From a virus (taxonomy: Duplodnaviria; Caudoviricetes): a stretch of DNA of 58,311 bases. The translations under genes were made by a program, and so were the position numbers. The notes beneath the pieces were generated by a model. It was given only the letters and a program-made list of their open reading frames with translations, was not told the DNA's origin and searched no databases. Of this stretch, positions 46,263-55,133 are shown piece by piece (the stretch's first letter is position 1; each line of letters opens with the position of its first letter). Location of the stretch: positions 1 to 58,311 of the IMG/VR virus record IMGVR_UViG_3300009788_000113. One strand, given 5' to 3'.

Positions 46263-48292
46263 TGTCCGCGAAACCCATTCCATTCCGCCACGAAGACAAC
46301 CCCTGCTATCCCCTCCCTCCCGACTACGACGATCTCACTTCGGAGGGGCAACGGCTCGCGCGCGTCAACGCCTGTCGCCAGTGGACGCTGTGGAACAACA
46401 AAATCCACCCCATCGAGAAGGGCGAAGCCTTCGTGCGCGGCATCGACTTCTTTGATAAATATTATTTGCAGCAGGACCACGACGACGAGGGCAACGTCCT
46501 CTTCGACTCCTACTTCTACGACTTCGACCCCCTGCGCACGCCCGTAGAACACTGGGAATTCATGCGCGCTTCGATTACGAACAAGCGGCTTGCGGGGGTG
46601 ATGCCCCGGGGCGGCGCGAAGACCTCCATGCAGCGCAAGCGCATTATCATGCAGATGATCGCGCGCCCTCGCTATTCCTTCATCTACGCCACGTCTACGA
46701 ACGAACTCGCCGAGCTTACGGGCGAGATGGTCCGCTACCAACTCTACGAGAACCCCCGCATCAACGATGATTGGTCCCCCGAATACGGCGGGCGCATAAA
46801 GCCCGGACGCTCCGAGGGCTCGCAGGGCATGAAGAACTTCGTCCTCTCGAACCGCTCATCCTTCTTCGCCACCTCGGCGGAATCACGGCAGAGGGGTGGG
46901 CGTCCCATCCGATATTTGCTGGATGATCCCGAGTACGACCCCAAGGCGTCCACGTCGATGGAGGTGATTCGTGAGTGGATGGAAACGCTCATATTCAAGA
47001 TCATCATGCCCATGCTCTCGCGCCCCAACGTGGGCATAGATTGGGTGGGCACATTCGTATCCAAGCGCCACTACCTGTGGCATGCCCTCCAAACTAAAGA
47101 GACCACACTATCGGATGGGACTCTAGCAAGGGTTGCTGATGATTCCCGGTTCAACAAGTGGCACCGCCGCATTGCGAGGGCGGCTAATGAGGAGATAGAT
47201 GAAAAAGGCAACAAAGTGCTGGTGTCGTTCTGGCCCGAGATGTGGCCCTCCACCGAAGAGGAGAAGTTGCGGTTGAAGCTGCACGAGGATACGGAGACCT
47301 TGGTGCAGATAAAAGAGAACTGGGGATCCGCCGTCTTTAATGCGGAGATGATGGCGCAGCCGGGCGAGGCGGGCACGAACTTCTTCCCAGAGCTTGACAA
47401 GCGGCTTCATGGGTGGTGGATTGATGAGGGGAGTGCGGATGAGGCGTTTGCGCTCAAGCCTTACAAGTCTAAGAGCATCCTCTGTTATTATGACGGGAAC
47501 ACGGACACACTCATCGAGCGCACGATTGAGGACATGGTGTTTACTTGCTTCATGTTCCAGACAGCGGACACTTCGTATGGGGAGAAGAAAACGTCGGACT
47601 TCAAGGCGTGTGGGCTTTTCCTTGTAGATGAGAATGGCAACCTGCTGATTATGGACCTGTGGGCTGCGCAAGCGAAAGAGGCGATTCTTGTCACCGAGTT
47701 GTTCGGCATGGCCGATCGCTGGCGCTGCCCGCTTATCTGTCCTGAAAAAGTGAAGGAAGGTTCTTCGCTCATTGACTCGATCTCGGAGATCGTGAGGGTG
47801 CGCGCGAGTGACGCGATGGGAGTGGAGTGGTTGCCGACGATCGTTCCTAAGCATCCGGGCATGGCGGAAAAATCGGCGAGGATAGCGGGGTCGCTGTGGC
47901 GGTTCGAGCACGGCAAGATCAAGATGCCGCTGTGGAAGCGGGATGTGTGGCCGTGGTCCACGTTCTATGACCAGATAGAGGGCTTCAATCCGTATGTGAA
48001 GGATGGCGGGTTGGAGCATGATGATCTCATAGATATTGCGCTGGCGATGCCGCAGGCCGTGACAAGGGCGGGGATGTTCGTTAGGATCGGCGACGACGAG
48101 GTTGAGAAGACCCCGTATGAGCGGTTGATGGACGGTGAAACAATAGATCACAAGACGGGGATGAGCCTCATGCACATGGCAGTCTCCCTAGGCATGAGTA
48201 AGGCGGAACTGGATACGCTTGTGGATAGGAGGATGGGGTGGGACGGTGAGGAGCCGCCTATGCGAGCGAGAAGGCAGCACACAGCGATATGA
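46262..48292 (+). CDS. terL: Terminase large subunit
   Basis: Walker A MPRGGAKT, Walker B YLLDDPE, VGT, nuclease TADTS...SDF...HDDLID. Confidence 0.9.
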   Translation: MSAKPIPFRHEDNPCYPLPPDYDDLTSEGQRLARVNACRQWTLWNNKIHPIEKGEAFVRGIDFFDKYYLQQDHDDEGNVLFDSYFYDFDPLRTPVEHWEFMRASITNKRLAGVMPRGGAKTSMQRKRIIMQMIARPRYSFIYATSTNELAELTGEMVRYQLYENPRINDDWSPEYGGRIKPGRSEGSQGMKNFVLSNRSSFFATSAESRQRGGRPIRYLLDDPEYDPKASTSMEVIREWMETLIFKIIMPMLSRPNVGIDWVGTFVSKRHYLWHALQTKETTLSDGTLARVADDSRFNKWHRRIARAANEEIDEKGNKVLVSFWPEMWPSTEEEKLRLKLHEDTETLVQIKENWGSAVFNAEMMAQPGEAGTNFFPELDKRLHGWWIDEGSADEAFALKPYKSKSILCYYDGNTDTLIERTIEDMVFTCFMFQTADTSYGEKKTSDFKACGLFLVDENGNLLIMDLWAAQAKEAILVTELFGMADRWRCPLICPEKVKEGSSLIDSISEIVRVRASDAMGVEWLPTIVPKHPGMAEKSARIAGSLWRFEHGKIKMPLWKRDVWPWSTFYDQIEGFNPYVKDGGLEHDDLIDIALAMPQAVTRAGMFVRIGDDEVEKTPYERLMDGETIDHKTGMSLMHMAVSLGMSKAELDTLVDRRMGWDGEEPPMRARRQHTAI

Positions 48293-48630
48293 CGGACGAA
48301 GCGGGCATCTTCCAAATCGGCACATCGCACATCGCGGTGCCTTTATGGCGATATGACGAGATGGCGCGCATCTTCTATTTGCATGAGTCAGGGCTCCTTG
48401 TGGAGACGGAGGGGAGTGTGGAGGGCGTGACCGACGTGTCCACGCCCGATGAGCCTACGCCCTCTCCTCCTGCGCCTAAGCCCGCGATGATAAGTGACAC
48501 GGTGCTGGGCGGCGTACCTGGGTTCCGCGCTACGAACTATGCTAAGGAAATGCAGGACAAACGAAAGGTGGTGCTGGAGAAGGTGGCGGATAATGGGGCG
48601 GCGCAGGTGGAGGTGAAGGATGACGGTTGA
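48289..48630 (+). CDS. Hypothetical protein
   Basis: Coupled between terL and portal. Confidence 0.6.
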   Translation: MTDEAGIFQIGTSHIAVPLWRYDEMARIFYLHESGLLVETEGSVEGVTDVSTPDEPTPSPPAPKPAMISDTVLGGVPGFRATNYAKEMQDKRKVVLEKVADNGAAQVEVKDDG

Positions 48631-50653
48631 GCTTAATACGCCTGATCTGCCGACTGGGAAGGATCTCGCCGATGTGATGCGGATTCATGCGACCCGTGAG
48701 GGCTTGCGTATGTCAACCCGCATTATTCGTTGGCGATTGGCTCATGCATATCTCAACGGCGCGCGGAGGTTCGTGGCGCAACCGTTTCACAGCGGGCACA
48801 ACGGGTTGCTTGGTTCGGGCATTGTGGCGGCTGCCGAGCTTTCGGAGCGTGACCACAAGCGCGGGCGATTGCCGGTGCAGATGTCCGATCTTATCCGTGA
48901 GATAAACAAAGTGCAGGGGATGTTGGAGGCGTTCAACCTAAAGCCTCACGTTGACAGAGAAGGAACGTCTCTCACTTCGATACAGAACCGCGCTACGGGG
49001 CAGGTGATTCTGGATTCAGTTACAGACACCGAACAGTTGAATTCCATCAAGAGGCGGGCGTCACACATATTTACGACGTATGGGAGTGTAGGGTTGCAGG
49101 GGCATATGGTGGACCATCCTACTATTGGACTCACTAATGACTTCGAGGTGATACACCCGCTCGAACTGTTGTCGTGGCCTTCGTTTGGCATCGACTATAC
49201 GAGACAGACGGGTGTCATGCGAGAGCGGCTTATCCCGTTAGAGAGGTTGAGGCAGCGGTTCGGGAGGCGCATCTCACAGAATGTCAGGAAGCTGGAGACG
49301 TTCGAGCCCATGCACGGCGAGGCGTTGCCGGAGCAGGATTCACTTACATTCGTGGACGAGATGCACGGCAGGAGATTCGCGTCGTCGAACACGTCGATAA
49401 GCGACGCGACGCGGTTCACTGCGGTGCGGGTGAGGGAGTTGTGGATCACGGGCGAGCGCAATACTTGTAAGAGCTATGCGGCGGCGAGTGGTGAGTTCGT
49501 GATTACGGACCAGCGCTTCGAGAATCAGACGGTTTTCTGCCCAATCGGATGGGACTCGTTTATTGATACGGGCGATCCGCACGGGATGGGCATGTTTGAT
49601 CTGTTGTTCTCGATGGTGCGGGAGTTCGAGAGGTTCGTGGAGGATCTGATTGATAATACGAAGGACTTGAACCAGTATCCGGTGGTGATAATGCCGCAGG
49701 CGCAGTTGAATAAGAGAGAGGTTTTAAGGGATGATGGTAAATCGTTGCACTTTACGTTTGCGAGCCCCGATCCTCGATTGGCGGCGGCGGGTCAGTCGTT
49801 CAATCCCATTACGGTTGCTCCCCCGACGCTTGGGGATACGCCGGGGCGGACGGCGGCGTTCCTGAGGGACATCATCCAGCAGACGAGTCCCATCCGAGAT
49901 TTGCTGAGGGAGAAGGGGAGGGTGGATTCGCTGCCGGGGCTCCAGTTCCTGGATGAGAACGATAAGCAGAGCGTGGTGAGCGCGGCAAGGGGGTTTACCA
50001 ATGTGTTCTCGTCGGTGCATCGGTGGGCGTTGGCGGCTGCGACGAGGGAGATGGTGGCGAGTCCGAGGCCGGTGCCGATAGATAGGGTGGATCTGGGGCT
50101 CGTGGGGGCGATTGTGGACTTTGAGAGGGGGACGGTGGATTTCAAGCAGAACCCGCTGCCGGATGTGACGAGGTTGAGGGTGGGAGTGAAAGAGGTAACG
50201 CCTAGGTCGCAGGCGCTGCGGAAGCAGGAGGCGCTGGCGATGTTCACGGCGCAGTTGGCGGACGCGGACAGGCTCATACTGTTGTCGTTGGAGGAAGGGA
50301 TCGACCTAGCGCTGTGGATAGAACCGGAGAAAGCGGCTTATCAGGTGGTGGTGCAGAACATTCTCTCGCTCTATGGGGACGGACAGGCGGGGGGGAGTAT
50401 TGTGGTGACGCCGCATACGGAGAGGCCCGAGTTCCAGTTGCGGGTGTTGGAGGCGTTCATGGGCGGACCGGAGATGCGGGCGGCTTCGGCTGAGGTGCAG
50501 GACTTCTTTATCAGGTACAGGACGGCGCTGCTCGGGTTCATCTCGCCCATCTTGCCGGAGCAAGTGCCGGATCTTCAGGAAAGCGCGTTGATTGCTCAAC
50601 AAACACAAGGTAGACTTGGGCAGGCCCAAGGGGCGCTGCCACAGGCTGTCTAA
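48620..50653 (+). CDS. Portal protein
   Basis: 677 aa after terL; GMGMFDLL...REFER helix; Q-rich tail; GGAGG SD. Confidence 0.78.
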   Translation: MTVELNTPDLPTGKDLADVMRIHATREGLRMSTRIIRWRLAHAYLNGARRFVAQPFHSGHNGLLGSGIVAAAELSERDHKRGRLPVQMSDLIREINKVQGMLEAFNLKPHVDREGTSLTSIQNRATGQVILDSVTDTEQLNSIKRRASHIFTTYGSVGLQGHMVDHPTIGLTNDFEVIHPLELLSWPSFGIDYTRQTGVMRERLIPLERLRQRFGRRISQNVRKLETFEPMHGEALPEQDSLTFVDEMHGRRFASSNTSISDATRFTAVRVRELWITGERNTCKSYAAASGEFVITDQRFENQTVFCPIGWDSFIDTGDPHGMGMFDLLFSMVREFERFVEDLIDNTKDLNQYPVVIMPQAQLNKREVLRDDGKSLHFTFASPDPRLAAAGQSFNPITVAPPTLGDTPGRTAAFLRDIIQQTSPIRDLLREKGRVDSLPGLQFLDENDKQSVVSAARGFTNVFSSVHRWALAAATREMVASPRPVPIDRVDLGLVGAIVDFERGTVDFKQNPLPDVTRLRVGVKEVTPRSQALRKQEALAMFTAQLADADRLILLSLEEGIDLALWIEPEKAAYQVVVQNILSLYGDGQAGGSIVVTPHTERPEFQLRVLEAFMGGPEMRAASAEVQDFFIRYRTALLGFISPILPEQVPDLQESALIAQQTQGRLGQAQGALPQAV

Positions 50654-50664
50654 GGAGACGACTC

Positions 50665-51702
50665 ATGTTCTGGAACCAACCACTCAGAGATCCAACGGCT
50701 CAAGGCGGCGGCGCAGCGACCGCGACACAGACACAGCAGACGGGCGCTGATGGTGTGAACCTAGGACCGGGCGCGAATGGGTCGCGCGGGCAGGGGAGCA
50801 GTATCAACCTCGACACGACGGTCACGGCTGGCGGCGAGGCGTTCACCATCAATCAACTCCTCACTGCGAAGCGAGAACTGGATTCGATGAGGGGGGAGAA
50901 AGGTGAGCTTACTTCGCTGCGCGCGTTGAAGGACGCGGTGAAGCTGGTGATGCCGGATGATGGGGCGGAGGTGGGTGTGGATGTGTCCGAGCGAGCGATG
51001 AGGACGGTGCTCGCGGGCGTTGACTGGAAGGGAAACGTGGACCAATTCATTAGTGATACGTACAGGCAGGTTGAGGGTTCGGGACAGCAGGTCGCGGGGG
51101 CTCAGGCCGCTGCCAACGTCGCGCAGAATGGCGCGGTGAATGGACAAGCCACGAGCGAACTCGCGGACACCAACGCATCCGTGAACCATCAGGGAAGGTT
51201 GCTTCAAGAAGTGTTGAGGGATCGACTGAGGACCAAGACTGCTGAAGCGGTGTTGAATGACCCCATGCTCAACAAGTTCATCAAGGTCATTAAAGAGCGT
51301 GAAGGCGATAAGGGAGAAGAGGACGTAGCTAAGGTGCGCGCAGGATGGAGCGATCAGATATATCAAGGTCTGATCTCGGCGGTGGCTAGGAAGAAGGACG
51401 CGATTGGCGGAGACCTCGACATGCGTTGGATTGATGAGGTTGCGCCAGAAGTGGTGAAGCAAGTGGCGGATAAAGCCCGTTTGCTCATCGGGGATCCCAA
51501 CCAGATCGGTAGGGGGTCGTCGATGCCAGGCGGAGAGGATCCGTTCAAGGCCATACTGGAACGGGAAGCGGCGACTATGCCCAAGTACGATCCTGATAAT
51601 CCGCATGATCCGAAGTTCGACAGTAAAGTCGTTGATTTTGCGACTGATGTGCTGTCGAGAGCGGCGGCGAACGCGGATAGAGGCGAGGGCACGGTCGCTT
51701 GA
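50665..51702 (+). CDS. Putative capsid scaffolding protein
   Basis: Between portal and capsid; helical with a low-complexity N-terminus; AAGGAG SD. Confidence 0.6.
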   Translation: MFWNQPLRDPTAQGGGAATATQTQQTGADGVNLGPGANGSRGQGSSINLDTTVTAGGEAFTINQLLTAKRELDSMRGEKGELTSLRALKDAVKLVMPDDGAEVGVDVSERAMRTVLAGVDWKGNVDQFISDTYRQVEGSGQQVAGAQAAANVAQNGAVNGQATSELADTNASVNHQGRLLQEVLRDRLRTKTAEAVLNDPMLNKFIKVIKEREGDKGEEDVAKVRAGWSDQIYQGLISAVARKKDAIGGDLDMRWIDEVAPEVVKQVADKARLLIGDPNQIGRGSSMPGGEDPFKAILEREAATMPKYDPDNPHDPKFDSKVVDFATDVLSRAAANADRGEGTVA

Positions 51703-51728
51703 TGGCACAAGAACGGAGATAACAAACA

Positions 51729-53318
51729 ATGGCGTCGATTGCGAACTCACTCTTTGATCGCAATAAGGATGTGGTCAAAGAGTTGATAGGAAACATGGCT
51801 TTCGAGTTGCTGCCGCAGACAGACCCCATCTTCATGGGGATGCTGCTGCCGGAGTTCAGCACTGAGAGCGACAGTCTTGGTCGTGACATGCTGTTCAAGA
51901 AGAGATTCTATGGATCTCTCACAGGTGTCATCCAAGGTGCGCAGAAGAGTAATCAGTTCACGATTACAGGCGATCAGACGACTTCGCCCGTAGGCGCGCC
52001 GAAGTTGTTTAGGAATTTGCCACAGGAGACTTTTCCCGATCCGCGTGAAGGTCCGAACCCGAATCCTTTCAATCTGGCAGGCACGATCTACGCGATCGAG
52101 ACCAACTTCCTGATTACGCTGAGTATGTTGCAGTTGGACGCGACGCCCGCGAACATCAAGCAGCATGTTGTGCCGGTGTTCAGAGGGTTCGCTCGCAACA
52201 TTGCGCAGTGGGCCGCGAACAGTTGGTATCTGGACAGGGAGCAGCAGTTCAGATATTCGGAGTTGGGGCCAAGTTCGGGCACGGGCTCGTATACGGTGGA
52301 CCCGACCACGAACTTCACGATTACCTTCTTCCCTCCCCAGCGCGAAGTGCGCAGGTACATACAGGGGCAGGCTGTCGAGATCAGGAAGATTTCTGACAAT
52401 ACGCTCGTCTCGAAGTCGGACACGACTAACGCGAGGGCGCGGCTGTTCGTGGCGTCTGCTGATGTGCTGAAGAACAAGGTCGTGTTGGCGTCTGAGGAGA
52501 CGGCGACCGATGGCACAGCGGCACCGCTAGCGACGTGGGACGGAAACCTTGGCGATAGCACGGAACAGATCGTGTTGGCGGACCAGACCGATGCGTCTGA
52601 CGTGATCGAGGGTCTGTATTCGTGGAGAGATTGGTACAAGTTCCCACCAGATTCCGGTGCGACAAACGCGCAGAAGAGGCTGCTGGGATCTTCAGCAATC
52701 ACGGCCAATAACGAGTTTATTGACGTGACGCAGCACCCCGAGTTCCAGTCCTTCCATGCGTCGAGTGTGGGTCCGTTGACGGAAACCAAGCTCCTTGCGC
52801 ATCTCGACACGATGGAGAGCATGTTCGAGATGTATGGATACTTCGTTGATACCCTTATTGCAGCGTCGGGCATCTGGCTCAACGTGTTCGATATTCGTCG
52901 GGCGAAAGAGAGGGTTGACCGGACGAACCGGCCCGGGTCGATTACGAATCTCGGACTCGGAAAGGGTTTCGGGATTGAGAGCCAGACCGGACGGGTGTAT
53001 ACCGGGGTTACGAGCCGGTATCTAGAGAAGCAGACGATCATTGGCACACGGATAGCGAGCAACTGGTCTCTGGTTGTTCCTCCGGATCCCGACCAGTTGT
53101 CCCGCGCTGGGACACAGATGAACGAGGTGCCCAAGATCCCGTTGATCTTCGTGAACGAGGCGCTTAGTGGATCGGACAGGTTCCCGATTACGTCGGGCGG
53201 CTTGCTCACTGAAGCTGCGCAGTTCCCTGCGATGATTCGGATGCAGTACGCGCCGAGGGAGCAGATACCTGGCGCGGTTTGGGAAGGCGTCGATGACAAC
53301 GTGATTCTGTCTACATAG
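51729..53318 (+). CDS. Major capsid protein (529 aa)
   Basis: Synteny, strong SD, size and composition. Confidence 0.72.
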   Translation: MASIANSLFDRNKDVVKELIGNMAFELLPQTDPIFMGMLLPEFSTESDSLGRDMLFKKRFYGSLTGVIQGAQKSNQFTITGDQTTSPVGAPKLFRNLPQETFPDPREGPNPNPFNLAGTIYAIETNFLITLSMLQLDATPANIKQHVVPVFRGFARNIAQWAANSWYLDREQQFRYSELGPSSGTGSYTVDPTTNFTITFFPPQREVRRYIQGQAVEIRKISDNTLVSKSDTTNARARLFVASADVLKNKVVLASEETATDGTAAPLATWDGNLGDSTEQIVLADQTDASDVIEGLYSWRDWYKFPPDSGATNAQKRLLGSSAITANNEFIDVTQHPEFQSFHASSVGPLTETKLLAHLDTMESMFEMYGYFVDTLIAASGIWLNVFDIRRAKERVDRTNRPGSITNLGLGKGFGIESQTGRVYTGVTSRYLEKQTIIGTRIASNWSLVVPPDPDQLSRAGTQMNEVPKIPLIFVNEALSGSDRFPITSGGLLTEAAQFPAMIRMQYAPREQIPGAVWEGVDDNVILST

Positions 53319-53357
53319 ATATCCCTTCTCCACCTCTGAGGTGCGAGAATCCTCCCC

Positions 53358-53987
53358 ATGAGGGCGGGAATAAACCCCCGTCCTCGTTTTCACAAACCCC
53401 GGAAACCCAACTATCGGATGGGACTCATGCAAGTGAAGGTTGTAGATAGACTGGTGCTTGCGATGAAGCACGAAGGAGGTTCTATCTTTGATCCAATGAA
53501 GCACAGGGAGGTGAGGTGCTTGTGGGTTGAGAGTGTGAGATGTATGGCTGAGAAGCTGGGTAAGGACTTCGCGCGCGATCTGTTTCTTTGTATGAATGAT
53601 AAGGGCGGGTGCGCGGTTGCTATGTGGGAGAAGAGGCCGGTAGCAAAGGGAAGGAAGGGTGTTTTTCGGGTTATACATGCGCTGATGATGCATCCGGATA
53701 AGGGGGATGGAGGGAACTTGCCGTCGATGAGGTATATGGCGCAGCGGTTAAGGCCGACCGTAGAGATTATGGATGAGGCGATGAGAGATATGGTGGCGAC
53801 GGAGAAGATGGAGGATAACGCGAAGATGGCGTCGGAGGAGCAGAGGGATGAGATGGTGAAGCATTACAGGAAGAGAGAGGGGTGGGACAGCGCTACGGCG
53901 AGGATGCTGAAGTCGGGGGCGATGCCGTTCGTGGGCGAGGAGGAGGCGGCGTTGAGCGATACGGACGACATGCTGGGATTGGAGTGA
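53358..53987 (+). CDS. Hypothetical protein
   Basis: Follows capsid; an alternative start MQVKVV lies immediately after the motif copy at 53413. Confidence 0.6.
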   Translation: MRAGINPRPRFHKPRKPNYRMGLMQVKVVDRLVLAMKHEGGSIFDPMKHREVRCLWVESVRCMAEKLGKDFARDLFLCMNDKGGCAVAMWEKRPVAKGRKGVFRVIHALMMHPDKGDGGNLPSMRYMAQRLRPTVEIMDEAMRDMVATEKMEDNAKMASEEQRDEMVKHYRKREGWDSATARMLKSGAMPFVGEEEAALSDTDDMLGLE

Positions 53988-53988
53988 G

Positions 53989-54915
53989 ATGCATTCAACG
54001 GGCGCTATCTTGTGGTCAACGCTTGAGGATATAGCGTTCTTGTTTGATGAGTCGTGGGGAGAGGGTAAGTATGACGCGAACTTCGCGGTGAACAGGTTTG
54101 TGCAGCCGAAGATAGATGAAGTGTGGTCGCGCGTGATACTAACGATGGACAACGTGGTGCTTATCAGGCACCAGATTTCTATACTGAAAGATGTAGCTTC
54201 ATACGAGTTGCCGCCACAGATACAGGAGATATGGAGGGTGGGGCTGCTCGACGATCAGGGGGATTTGGTGGCGGAGTGGAGGCCGAGGGGTTATTTCCAT
54301 CCGCATGGGCAGAACTGGAGGATAGAGCATAACCAGTTAGTGTTTGACCCGAAGCCGAACGTAGCGTCCACGGCGCAGATTGACTATGTGCCTTCGGGGG
54401 ACGTGTTCGTGCATTGGCATGATGGGACGAGTAATTTGGGGGAGGTGCTGACGACGACGACGTTCAAGGGGACGAAGACGCCAACGCTGGGGATATTTGA
54501 TAGAAGGGCGAATGCGTATGTGGGGAGCATACTAAGAATACTAGGGAAGAATCCTAATGATGCTGCGAGTGTGTGGGAGGAGCACATCATTGACTCGCAG
54601 GCGAACGATGTGTTTACGACGAGGACCGTGATGTCGAGCGCTGTGAGTACGGGGTATCAGTATGAGGTGGTTCCGGCGGGGTATACGGCGATTGCGGAGG
54701 CGGTGTCGATGGCGGGCGCGTCGAAGTTTGGGTTGGGGAGAGGGATGAGCCAGAAGAAAGCGAACCAGATTGCCATTGAGTATGCGGAGGCGATCAAGAC
54801 AATTACAGATAGGCTGTCGAATCTGAATATGAGGTTTGGAGATCATTATGATCGACAGACGATAGATAATCCTGAGATGATGGTGCATGTGCATGGGACC
54901 GGGCATATCTTCTGA
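53989..54915 (+). CDS. Head-tail adaptor (tail tubular A-like)
   Basis: Helical N-terminus, SYELPP, LVFDPKP...IDYVP; synteny. Confidence 0.65.
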   Translation: MHSTGAILWSTLEDIAFLFDESWGEGKYDANFAVNRFVQPKIDEVWSRVILTMDNVVLIRHQISILKDVASYELPPQIQEIWRVGLLDDQGDLVAEWRPRGYFHPHGQNWRIEHNQLVFDPKPNVASTAQIDYVPSGDVFVHWHDGTSNLGEVLTTTTFKGTKTPTLGIFDRRANAYVGSILRILGKNPNDAASVWEEHIIDSQANDVFTTRTVMSSAVSTGYQYEVVPAGYTAIAEAVSMAGASKFGLGRGMSQKKANQIAIEYAEAIKTITDRLSNLNMRFGDHYDRQTIDNPEMMVHVHGTGHIF

Positions 54916-54928
54916 GGAGGATAAGTGA

Positions 54929-55132
54929 GTGTCGCAGATATCTGAGAGCGATGCGAGAGAACTGTTGAAGCAGATGGACCTTGCGCTGAGGCCGGGGGTG
55001 CGCGGGGAGACGGATGAGTTTATTCGTGCTTCGTTTGGGATTGGGGTGAGGGCGTCGTTCGTGCCGGGGAACTCGTTTGAGGGGCCGTTCAAGGTGAAGG
55101 TGCAGGACGACAGCCTGGTGGAGGGGACGTAG
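54929..55132 (+). CDS. Hypothetical protein
   Basis: GAGGAGG SD; fills the gap. Confidence 0.55.
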   Translation: MSQISESDARELLKQMDLALRPGVRGETDEFIRASFGIGVRASFVPGNSFEGPFKVKVQDDSLVEGT

Positions 55133-55133
55133 C

